A stretch of 64,000 nt of DNA from positions 17,546,001 through 17,610,000 of the forward strand of contig OZ059898.1 in the NCBI GenBank assembly GCA_964057225.1. Reading direction: 5' to 3'. This document shows, in pieces, positions 40,015 to 52,400 of the stretch (positions are counted from its first letter, which is position 1; the number at the start of each line of letters is the position of its first letter). This DNA comes from Auanema rhodensis (taxonomy: Eukaryota > Animalia > Nematoda). The notes beneath the pieces were generated by a model that was not told the DNA's origin, searched no databases, and saw only the letters and a program-made list of their open reading frames with translations. The position numbers and the translations under genes were made by a program.

Positions 40015-42822
40015 TCGATTTTCACCCTGAAAAAATAATTTTTTCGTTGAATAACATTGTCCATCGTCTTTGCCTTGAAAAAAGGAATCTAAAAACATCT
40101 ACTTTTTGCTAAATTATTCTGAAATTTTTCGAAAAAATTTTTGTCAAAATGTTTTTGGAAGCAATGTTGAGTGTACATGGAAACTCAACATACACTAATG
40201 CATCATTTTTCAAACGATCATAACTAATTTTTGTATTAAGCGTTTCTCAATGTAGTATAGTGCATTCGATGCGGATTTTTAAGCTGCGTCGATCTGTGTT
40301 ATCAGATTTGCGCTAGCTTAAAAATGCACCGAGATATCAACTGATATAAGTTCACACTTATATCCTCGATTTTCACTCTGAAGAATTAATTTTTTCGTTG
40401 AATAACATTGTCCATCGTCTTTGCCTTGAAAAAAGGAATCTAAAAACATCTACTTTTTGCTGAATTATTTTGAAGTTTTTCGAAAAAATTTTTGTCAAAA
40501 TGTTTTTGGAAGCAATGTTGAGTGTACATGGAAACTCAAAATACACTAATGCATCATTTTTCAAACGATCATAACTAATTTTTGTATTAAGCGTTTCTCA
40601 ATGTAGTATAGTGCATTCGATGCGGATTTTTAAGCTGCGTCGATCTGTGTTATCAGATTTGCGCTAGCTTAAAAATGCACCGAGATATCAACTGATATAA
40701 GTTCACACTTATATCCTCGATTTTCACCCTGAAGAATTAATTTTTTCGTTGAATAACATTGTCCATCGTCTTTGCCTTGAAAAAAGGAATCTAAAAACAT
40801 CTACTTTTTGCTAAATTATTCTGAAATTTTTCGAAAAAATTTTTGTCAAAATGTTTTTGGAAGCAATGTTGAGTGTACATGGAAACTCAACATACACTAA
40901 TGCATCATTTTTCGAACGATCATAACTAATTTTTGTATTAAGCGTTTCTCAATGTAGTATAGTGCATTCGATGCGGATTTTTAAGCTGCGTCGATCTGTG
41001 TTATCAGATTTGCGCTAGCTTAAAAATGCACCGAGATATCAACTGATATAAGTTCACACTTATATCCTCGATTTTCACCCTGAAGACTTAATTTTTTCGT
41101 TGAATAACATTGTCCATCGTCTTTGCCTTGAAAAAAGGAATCTAAAAACATCTACTTTTTGCTAAATTATTCTGAAATTTTTCGAAAAAATTTTTGTCAA
41201 AATGTTTTTGGAAGCAATGTTGAGTGTACATGGAAACTCAACATACACTAATGCATCATTTTTCAAACGATCATAACTAATTTTTGTATTAAGCGTATCT
41301 CAATGTAGTATAGTGTATTTGATGCGGATTTTTAAGCTGCGTCGATCTGTGTTATCAGATTTGCGCTAGCTTAAAAATGCACCGAGATATCAACTGATAT
41401 AAGTTCACACTTATATCCTCGATTTTCACCTTGAAAAAATAATTTTTTCGTTGAATAACATTGTCCATCGTCTTTGCCTTGAAAAAAGGAATCTAAAAAC
41501 ATCTACTTTTTGCTAAATTATTCTGAAATTTTTCGAAAAAATTTTTGTCAAAATGTTTTTGGAAGCAATGTTGAGTGTACATGGAAACTCAACATACACT
41601 AATGCATCATTTTTCAAACGATCATAACTAATTTTTGTATTAAGCGTTTCTCAATGTAGTATAGTGCATTCGATGCGGATTTTTAAGCTGCGTCGATCTG
41701 TGTTATCAGATTTGCGCTAGCTTAAAAATGCACCGAGATATCAACTGATATAAGTTCACACTTATATCCTCGATTTTCACTCTGAAGAATTAATTTTTTC
41801 GTTGAATAACATTGTCCATCGTCTTTGCCTTGAAAAAAGGAATCTAAAAACATCTACTTTTTGCTGAATTATTTTGAAGTTTTTCGAAAAAATTTTTGTC
41901 AAAATGTTTTTGGAAGCAATGTTGAGTGTACATGGAAACTCAAAATACACTAATGCATCATTTTTCAAACGATCATAACTAATTTTTGTATTAAGCGTTT
42001 CTCAATGTAGTATAGTGCATTCGATGCGGATTTTTAAGCTGCGTCGATCTGTGTTATCAGATTTGCGCTAGCTTAAAAATGCACCGAGATATCAACTGAT
42101 ATAAGTTCACACTTATATCCTCGATTTTCACCCTGAAGAATTAATTTTTTCGTTGAATAACATTGTCCATCGTCTTTGCCTTGAAAAAAGGAATCTAAAA
42201 ACATCTACTTTTTGCTAAATTATTCTGAAATTTTTCGAAAAAATTTTTGTCAAAATGTTTTTGGAAGCAATGTTGAGTGTACATGGAAACTCAACATACA
42301 CTAATGCATCATTTTTCGAACGATCATAACTAATTTTTGTATTAAGCGTTTCTCAATGTAGTATAGTGCATTCGATGCGGATTTTTAAGCTGCGTCGATC
42401 TGTGTTATCAGATTTGCGCTAGCTTAAAAATGCACCGAGATATCAACTGATATAAGTTCACACTTATATCCTCGATTTTCACCCTGAAGACTTAATTTTT
42501 TCGTTGAATAACATTGTCCATCGTCTTTGCCTTGAAAAAAGGAATCTAAAAACATCTACTTTTTGCTAAATTATTCTGAAATTTTTCGAAAAAATTTTTG
42601 TCAAAATGTTTTTGGAAGCAATGTTGAGTGTACATGGAAACTCAACATACACTAATGCATCATTTTTCAAACGATCATAACTAATTTTTGTATTAAGCGT
42701 TTCTCAATGTAGTATAGTGCATTTGATGCGGATTTTTAAGCTGCGTCGATCTGTGTTATCAGATTTGCGCTAGCTTAAAAATGCACCGAGATATCAACTG
42801 ATATAAGTTCACACTTATATCC
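40015..42822. repeat. Tandem duplication of about 4 monomers (1404 bp), monomers 115-118 and 119-122
   Basis: TGAAAAAATA, CACTCTG+GCTGAA+CAAAATAC, TCGAACG and GAAGACTTA recur at +1404. ORF copies lie at 40373 and 41777. The last monomers differ near their 3' end, so the end point is approximate. Confidence 0.88.
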
Positions 42823-45800
42823 TCGATTTTCACCCTGAAGAAATAATTTTTTCGTTGAATAACATTGTCCATCGTCTTTGCCTTGAAAAAAGGAATCTAA
42901 AAACATCTACTTTTTGCTAAATTATTTTGAAATTTTTCGAAAAAATTTTTGTCAAAATGTTTTTGGAAGCAATGTTGAGTGTACATGGAAACTCAACATA
43001 CACTAATGCATCATTTTTCAAACGATCATAACTAATTTTTGTATTAAGCGTTTCTCAATGTAGTATAGTGCATTCGATGCGGATTTTTAAGCTGCGTCGA
43101 TCTGTGTTATCAGATTTGCGCTAGCTTAAAAATGCACCGAGATATCAACTGATATAAGTTCACACTTATATCCTCGATTTTCACCCTGAAGAAATAATTT
43201 TTTCGTTGAATAACATTGTCCATCGTCTTTGCCTTGAAAAAAGGAATCTAAAAACATCTACTTTTTGCTAAATTATTTTGAAATTTTTCGAAAAAATTTT
43301 TGTCAAAATGTTTTTGGAAGCAATGTTGAGTGTACATGGAAACTCAACATACACTAATGCATCATTTTTCAAACGATCATAACTAATTTTTGTATTAAGC
43401 GTATCTCAATGTAGTATAGTGTATTTGATGCGGATTTTTAAGCTGCGTCGATCTGTGTTATCAGATTTGCGCTAGCTTAAAAATGCACCGAGATATCAAC
43501 TGATATAAGTTCACACTTATATCCTCGATTTTCACCCTGAAGAATTAATTTTTTCGTTGAATAACATTGTCCATCGTCTTTGCCTTGAAAAAAGGAATCT
43601 AAAAACATCTACTTTTTGCTAAATTATTCTGAAATTTTTCGAAAAAATTTTTGTCAAAATGTTTTTGGAAGCAATGTTGAGTGTACATGGAAACTCAACA
43701 TACACTAATGCATCATTTTTCAAACGATCATAACTAATTTTTGTATTAAGCGTTTCTCAATGTAGTATAGTGCATTCGATGCGGATTTTTAAGCTGCGTC
43801 GATCTGTGTTATCAGATTTGCGCTAGCTTAAAAATGCACCGAGATATCAACTGATATAAGTTCACACTTATATCCTCGATTTTCACCCTGAAGAATTAAT
43901 TTTTTCGTTGAATAACATTGTCCATCGTCTTTGCCTTGAAAAAAGGAATCTAAAAACATCTACTTTTTGCTAAATTATTCTGAAATTTTTCGAAAAAATT
44001 TTTGTCAAAATGTTTTTGGAAGCAATGTTGAGTGTACATGGAAACTCAACATACACTAATGCATCATTTTTCAAACGATCATAACTAATTTTTGTATTAA
44101 GCGTTTCTCAATGTAGTATAGTGCATTTGATGCGGATTTTTAAGCTGCGTCGATCTGTGTTATCAGATTTGCGCTAGCTTAAAAATGCACCGAGATATCA
44201 ACTGATATAAGTTCACACTTATATCCTCGATTTTCACCCTGAAGAAATAATTTTTTCGTTGAATAACATTGTCCATCGTCTTTGCCTTGAAAAAAGGAAT
44301 CTAAAAACATCTACTTTTTGCTAAATTATTTTGAAATTTTTCGAAAAAATTTTTGTCAAAATGTTTTTGGAAGCAATGTTGAGTGTACATGGAAACTCAA
44401 CATACACTAATGCATCATTTTTCAAACGATCATAACTAATTTTTGTATTAAGCGTATCTCAATGTAGTATAGTGTATTTGATGCGGATTTTTAAGCTGCG
44501 TCGATCTGTGTTATCAGATTTGCGCTAGCTTAAAAATGCACCGAGATATCAACTGATATAAGTTCACACTTATATCCTCGATTTTCACCCTGAAGAAATA
44601 ATTTTTTCGTTGAATAACATTGTCCATCGTCTTTGCCTTGAAAAAAGGAATCTAAAAACATCTACTTTTTGCTAAATTATTTTGAAATTTTTCGAAAAAA
44701 TTTTTGTCAAAATGTTTTTGGAAGCAATGTTGAGTGTACATGGAAACTCAACATACACTAATGCATCATTTTTCAAACGATCATAACTAATTTTTGTATT
44801 AAGCGTATCTCAATGTAGTATAGTGTATTTGATGCGGATTTTTAAGCTGCGTCGATCTGTGTTATCAGATTTGCGCTAGCTTAAAAATGCACCGAGATAT
44901 CAACTGATATAAGTTCACACTTATATCCTCGATTTTCACCCTGAAGAAATAATTTTTTCGTTGAATAACATTGTCCATCGTCTTTGCCTTGAAAAAAGGA
45001 ATCTAAAAACATCTACTTTTTGCTAAATTATTCTGAAATTTTTCGAAAAAATTTTTGTCAAAATGTTTTTGGAAGCAATGTTGAGTGTACATGGAAACTC
45101 AACATACACTAATGCATCATTTTTCGAACGATCATAACTAATTTTTGTATTAAGCGTTTCTCAATGTAGTATAGTGCATTCGATGCGGATTTTTAAGCTG
45201 CGTCGATCTGTGTTATCAGATTTGCGCTAGCTTAAAAATGCACCGAGATATCAACTGATATAAGTTCACACTTATATCCTCGATTTTCACCCTGAAGAAT
45301 TAATTTTTTCGTTGAATAACATTGTCCATCGTCTTTGCCTTGAAAAAAGGAATCTAAAAACATCTACTTTTTGCTAAATTATTCTGAAATTTTTCGAAAA
45401 AATTTTTGTCAAAATGTTTTTGGAAGCAATGTTGAGTGTACATGGAAACTCAACATACACTAATGCATCATTTTTCAAACGATCATAACTAATTTTTGTA
45501 TTAAGCGTTTCTCAATGTAGTATAGTGCATTCGATGCGGATTTTTAAGCTGCGTCGATCTGTGTTATCAGATTTGCGCTAGCTTAAAAATGCACCGAGAT
45601 ATCAACTGATATAAGTTCACACTTATATCCTCGATTTTCACCCTGAAGAATTAATTTTTTCGTTGAATAACATTGTCCATCGTCTTTGCCTTGAAAAAAG
45701 GAATCTAAAAACATCTACTTTTTGCTAAATTATTCTGAAATTTTTCGAAAAAATTTTTGTCAAAATGTTTTTGGAAGCAATGTTGAGTGTACATGGAAAC

Positions 45801-48800
45801 TCAACATACACTAATGCATCATTTTTCAAACGATCATAACTAATTTTTGTATTAAGCGTTTCTCAATGTAGTATAGTGCATTTGATGCGGATTTTTAAGC
45901 TGCGTCGATCTGTGTTGTCAGATTTGCGCTAGCTTAAAAATGCACCGAGATATCAACTGATATAAGTTCACACTTATATCCTCGATTTTCACCCTGAAGA
46001 AATAATTTTTTCGTTGAATAACATTGTCCATCGTCTTTGCCTTGAAAAAAGGAATCTAAAAACATCTACTTTTTGCTAAATTATTTTGAAATTTTTCGAA
46101 AAAATTTTTGTCAAAATGTTTTTGGAAGCAATGTTGAGTGTACATGGAAACTCAACATACACTAATGCATCATTTTTCAAACGATCATAACTAATTTTTG
46201 TATTAAGCGTATCTCAATGTAGTATAGTGTATTTGATGCGGATTTTTAAGCTGCGTCGATCTGTGTTATCAGATTTGCGCTAGCTTAAAAATGCACCGAG
46301 ATATCAACTGATATAAGTTCACACTTATATCCTCGATTTTCACCCTGAAGAAATAATTTTTTCGTTGAATAACATTGTCCATCGTCTTTGCCTTGAAAAA
46401 AGGAATCTAAAAACATCTACTTTTTGCTAAATTATTCTGAAATTTTTCGAAAAAATTTTTGTCAAAATGTTTTTGGAAGCAATGTTGAGTGTACATGGAA
46501 ACTCAACATACACTAATGCATCATTTTTCAAACGATCATAACTAATTTTTGTATTAAGCGTTTCTCAATGTAGTATAGTGCATTTGATGCGGATTTTTAA
46601 GCTGCGTCGATCTGTGTTATCAGATTTGCGCTAGCTTAAAAATGCACCGAGATATCAACTGATATAAGTTCACACTTATATCCTCGATTTTCACCCTGAA
46701 GAATTAATTTTTTCGTTGAATAACATTGTCCATCGTCTTTGCCTTGAAAAAAGGAATCTAAAAACATCTACTTTTTGCTAAATTATTCTGAAATTTTTCG
46801 AAAAAATTTTTGTCAAAATGTTTTTGGAAGCAATGTTGAGTGTACATGGAAACTCAACATACACTAATGCATCATTTTTCAAACGATCATAACTAATTTT
46901 TGTATTAAGCGTTTCTCAATGTAGTATAGTGCATTCGATGCGGATTTTTAAGCTGCGTCGATCTGTGTTATCAGATTTGCGCTAGCTTAAAAATGCACCG
47001 AGATATCAACTGATATAAGTTCACACTTATATCCTCGATTTTCACCCTGAAGAATTAATTTTTTCGTTGAATAACATTGTCCATCGTCTTTGCCTTGAAA
47101 AAAGGAATCTAAAAACATCTACTTTTTGCTAAATTATTCTGAAATTTTTCGAAAAAATTTTTGTCAAAATGTTTTTGGAAGCAATGTTGAGTGTACATGG
47201 AAACTCAACATACACTAATGCATCATTTTTCAAACGATCATAACTAATTTTTGTATTAAGCGTTTCTCAATGTAGTATAGTGCATTTGATGCGGATTTTT
47301 AAGCTGCGTCGATCTGTGTTATCAGATTTGCGCTAGCTTAAAAATGCACCGAGATATCAACTGATATAAGTTCACACTTATATCCTCGATTTTCACCCTG
47401 AAGAAATAATTTTTTCGTTGAATAACATTGTCCATCGTCTTTGCCTTGAAAAAAGGAATCTAAAAACATCTACTTTTTGCTAAATTATTTTGAAATTTTT
47501 CGAAAAAATTTTTGTCAAAATGTTTTTGGAAGCAATGTTGAGTGTACATGGAAACTCAACATACACTAATGCATCATTTTTCAAACGATCATAACTAATT
47601 TTTGTATTAAGCGTATCTCAATGTAGTATAGTGTATTTGATGCGGATTTTTAAGCTGCGTCGATCTGTGTTATCAGATTTGCGCTAGCTTAAAAATGCAC
47701 CGAGATATCAACTGATATAAGTTCACACTTATATCCTCGATTTTCACCCTGAAGAAATAATTTTTTCGTTGAATAACATTGTCCATCGTCTTTGCCTTGA
47801 AAAAAGGAATCTAAAAACATCTACTTTTTGCTAAATTATTTTGAAATTTTTCGAAAAAATTTTTGTCAAAATGTTTTTGGAAGCAATGTTGAGTGTACAT
47901 GGAAACTCAACATACACTAATGCATCATTTTTCAAACGATCATAACTAATTTTTGTATTAAGCGTATCTCAATGTAGTATAGTGTATTTGATGCGGATTT
48001 TTAAGCTGCGTCGATCTGTGTTATCAGATTTGCGCTAGCTTAAAAATGCACCGAGATATCAACTGATATAAGTTCACACTTATATCCTCGATTTTCACCC
48101 TGAAGAAATAATTTTTTCGTTGAATAACATTGTCCATCGTCTTTGCCTTGAAAAAAGGAATCTAAAAACATCTACTTTTTGCTAAATTATTCTGAAATTT
48201 TTCGAAAAAATTTTTGTCAAAATGTTTTTGGAAGCAATGTTGAGTGTACATGGAAACTCAACATACACTAATGCATCATTTTTCGAACGATCATAACTAA
48301 TTTTTGTATTAAGCGTTTCTCAATGTAGTATAGTGCATTTGATGCGGATTTTTAAGCTGCGTCGATCTGTGTTATCAGATTTGCGCTAGCTTAAAAATGC
48401 ACCGAGATATCAACTGATATAAGTTCACACTTATATCCTCGATTTTCACCCTGAAGAAATAATTTTTTCGTTGAATAACATTGTCCATCGTCTTTGCCTT
48501 GAAAAAAGGAATCTAAAAACATCTACTTTTTGCTAAATTATTCTGAAATTTTTCGAAAAAATTTTTGTCAAAATGTTTTTGGAAGCAATGTTGAGTGTAC
48601 ATGGAAACTCAACATACACTAATGCATCATTTTTCAAACGATCATAACTAATTTTTGTATTAAGCGTTTCTCAATGTAGTATAGTGCATTCGATGCGGAT
48701 TTTTAAGCTGCGTCGATCTGTGTTATCAGATTTGCGCTAACTTAAAAATGCACCGAGATATCAACTGATATAAGTTCACACTTATATCCTCGATTTTCAC

Positions 48801-49250
48801 CCTGAAGAATTAATTTTTTCGTTGAATAACATTGTCCATCGTCTTTGCCTTGAAAAAAGGAATCTAAAAACATCTACTTTTTGCTAAATTATTCTGAAAT
48901 TTTTCGAAAAAATTTTTGTCAAAATGTTTTTGGAAGCAATGTTGAGTGTACATGGAAACTCAACATACACTAATGCATCATTTTTCGAACGATCATAACT
49001 AATTTTTGTATTAAGCGTTTCTCAATGTAGAATAGTGCATTCGATGCGGATTTTTAAGCTGCGTCGATCTGTGTTATCAGATTTGCGCTAGCTTAAAAAT
49101 GCACCGAGATATCAACTGATATAAGTTCACACTTATATCCTCGATTTTCACCCTGAAGAAATAATTTTTTCGTTGAATAACATTGTCCATCGTCTTTGCC
49201 TTGAAAAAAGGAATCTAAAAACATCTACTTTTTGCTAAATTATTCTGAAA

Positions 49251-49262
49251 TTTTTCGAAAAA
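49251..49262. repeat. 12-bp palindrome TTTTTCGAAAAA within the monomer (positions 111-122), representative copy
   Basis: Self-complementary, and extends to AAA/TTT with a one-base bulge. Confidence 0.8.
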
Positions 49263-49289
49263 ATTTTTGTCAAAATGTTTTTGGAAGCA

Positions 49290-49317
49290 ATGTTGAGTGT
49301 ACATGGAAACTCAACAT
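49290..49317. repeat. Inverted repeat 1 within the monomer (positions 150-177), representative copy
   Basis: ATGTTGAGT-gtacatggaa-ACTCAACAT: perfect 9-bp arms around a 10-nt loop, intact in most monomers. Confidence 0.9.
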
Positions 49318-49391
49318 ACACTAATGCATCATTTTTCAAACGATCATAACTAATTTTTGTATTAAGCGTTTCTCAATGTAGTATAGTGCAT

Positions 49392-49458
49392 TCGATGCGG
49401 ATTTTTAAGCTGCGTCGATCTGTGTTATCAGATTTGCGCTAGCTTAAAAATGCACCGA
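49392..49458. repeat. Long imperfect inverted repeat 2 within the monomer (positions 252-318), representative copy
   Basis: Core arms ATTTTTAAGCT / AGCTTAAAAAT (11 bp, perfect), inner GCG/CGC and ATCTG-tgttat-CAGAT, outer TCGATGC/GCACCGA with one mismatch after a 2-nt bulge. Confidence 0.85.
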
Positions 49459-49468
49459 GATATCAACT

Positions 49469-49490
49469 GATATAAGTTCACACTTATATC
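49469..49490. repeat. Inverted repeat 3 within the monomer (positions 329-350), representative copy
   Basis: GATATAAGT-tcac-ACTTATATC: perfect 9-bp arms around a 4-nt loop. Confidence 0.92.
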
Positions 49491-52400
49491 CTCGATTTTC
49501 ACCCTGAAGAATTAATTTTTTCGTTGAATAACATTGTCCATCGTCTTTGCCTTGAAAAAAGGAATCTAAAAACATCTACTTTTTGCTAAATTATTCTGAA
49601 ATTTTTCGAAAAAATTTTTGTCAAAATGTTTTTGGAAGCAATGTTGAGTGTACATGGAAACTCAACATACACTAATGCATCATTTTTCAAACGATCATAA
49701 CTAATTTTTGTATTTAGCGTTTCTCAATGTAGTATAGTGCATTTGATGCGGATTTTTAAGCTGCGTCGATCTGTGTTGTCAGATTTGCGCTAGCTTAAAA
49801 ATGCACCGAGATATCAACTGATATAAGTTCACACTTATAACCTCGATTTTCACCCTGAAGAAATAATTTTTTCGTTGAATAACATTGTCCATCGTCTTTG
49901 CCTTGAAAAAAGGAATCTAAAAACATCTACTTTTTGCTGAATTATTTTGAAATTTTTCGAAAAAATTTTTGTCAAAATGTTTTTGGAAGCAATGTTGAGT
50001 GTACATGGAAACTCAACATACACTAATGCATCATTTTTCAAACGATCATAACTAATTTTTGTATTAAGCGTATCTCAATGTAGTATAGTGTATTTGATGC
50101 GGATTTTTAAGCTGCGTCGATCTGTGTTATCAGATTTGCGCTAGCTTAAAAATGCACCGAGATATCAACTGATATAAGTTCACACTTATATCCTCGATTT
50201 TCACCCTGAAGAATTAATTTTTTCGTTGAATAACATTGTCCATCGTCTTTGCCTTGAAAAAAGGAATCTAAAAACATCTACTTTTTGCTAAATTATTCTG
50301 AAATTTTTCGAAAAAATTTTTGTCAAAATGTTTTTGAAAGCAATGTTGAGTGTACATGGAAACTCAACATACACTAATGCATCATTTTTCGAACGATCAT
50401 AACTAATTTTTGTATTAAGCGTTTCTCAATGTAGTATAGTGCATTCGATGCGGATTTTTAAGCTGCGTCGATCTGTGTTATCAGATTTGCGCTAGCTTAA
50501 AAATGCACCAAGATATCAACTGATATAAGTTCACACTTATATCCTCGATTTTCACCCTGAAGAATTAATTTTTTCGTTGAATAACATTGTCCATCGTCTT
50601 TGCCTTGAAAAAAGGAATCTAAAAACATCTACTTTTTGCTAAATTATTCTGAAATTTTTCGAAAAAATTTTTGTCAAAATGTTTTTGGAAGCAATGTTGA
50701 GTGTACATGGAAACTCAACATACACTAATGCATCATTTTTCAAACGATCATAACTAATTTTTGTATTAAGCGTTTCTCAATGTAGTATAGTGCATTTGAT
50801 GCGGATTTTTAAGCTGCGTCGATCTGTGTTATCAGATTTGCGCTAGCTTAAAAATGCACCGAGATATCAACTGATATAAGTTCACACTTATATCCTCGAT
50901 TTTCACCCTGAAGAAATAATTTTTTCGTTGAATAACATTGTCCATCGTCTTTGCCTTGAAAAAAGGAATCTAAAAACATCTACTTTTTGCTAAATTATTT
51001 TGAAATTTTTCGAAAAACTTTTTGTCAAAATGTTTTTGGAAGCAATGTTGAGTGTACATGGAAACTCAACATACACTAATGCATCATTTTTCAAACGATC
51101 ATAACTAATTTTTGTATTAAGCGTATCTCAATGTAGTATAGTGTATTTGATGCGGATTTTTAAGCTGCGTCGATCTGTGTTATCAGATTTGCGCTAGCTT
51201 AAAAATGCACCGAGATATCAACTGATATAAGTTCACACTTATATCCTCGATTTTCACCCTGAAGAATTAATTTTTTCGTTGAATAACATTGTCCATCGTC
51301 TTTGCCTTGAAAAAAGAAATCTGAAAACATCTACTTTTTGCTAAATTATTCTGAAATTTTTCGAAAAAATTTTTGTCTAAATGTTTTTGGAAGCAATGTT
51401 GAGTGTACATGGAAACTCAACATACACTAATGCATCATTTTTCAAACGATCATAACTAATTTTTGTATTAAGCGTTTCTCAATGTAGTATAGTGCATTTG
51501 ATGCGGATTTTTAAGCTGCGTCGATCTGTGTTATCAGATTTGCGCTAGCTTAAAAATGCACCGAGATATCAACTGATATAAGTTCACACTTATATCCTCG
51601 ATTTTCACCCTGAAGAAATAATTTTTTCGTTGAATAACATTGTCCATCGTCTTTGCCTTGAAAAAAGGAATCTAAAAACATCTACTTTTTGCTAAATTAT
51701 TTTGAAATTTTTCGAAAAACTTTTTGTCAAAATGTTTTTGGAAGCAATGTTGAGTGTACATGGAAACTCAACATACACTAATGCATCATTTTTCAAACGA
51801 TCATAACTAATTTTTGTATTAAGCGTATCTCAATGTAGTATAGTGTATTTGATGCGGATTTTTAAGCTGCGTCGATCTGTGTTATCAGATTTGCGCTAGC
51901 TTAAAAATGCACCGAGATATCAACTGATATAAGTTCACACTTATATCCTCGATTTTCACCCTGAAGAAATAATTTTTTCGTTGAATAACATTGTCCATCG
52001 TCTTTGCCTTGAAAAAAGGAATCTAAAAACATCTACTTTTTGCTAAATTATTCTGAAATTTTTCGAAAAAATTTTTGTCAAAATGTTTTTGGAAGCAATG
52101 TTGAGTGTACATGGAAACTCAACATACACTAATGCATCATTTTTCAAACGATCATAACTAATTTTTGTATTAAGCGTTTCTCAATGTAGTATAGTGCATT
52201 CGATGCGGATTTTTAAGCTGCGTCGATCTGTGTTATCAGATTTGCGCTAGCTTAAAAATGCACCGAGATATCAACTGATATAAGTTCACACTTATATCCT
52301 CGATTTTCACCCTGAAGAATTAATTTTTTCGTTGAATAACATTGTCCATCGTCTTTGCCTTGAAAAAAGGAATCTAAAAACATCTACTTTTTGCTAAATT

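Noticed and set aside
49418-49442. Helitron-like 3' end (short hairpin followed by CTAG)
   Set aside because: The stem is only 5 bp and AT-rich, CTAG is followed by C rather than T, and there are no element boundaries or coding remnants.
49392-49490. tRNA, 5S rRNA, snRNA or spliced-leader gene repeat unit, or intrinsic terminators
   Set aside because: I see no cloverleaf, Pol III A/B/C boxes or recognisable conserved RNA sequence. The stems are AT-rich and have no gene context.
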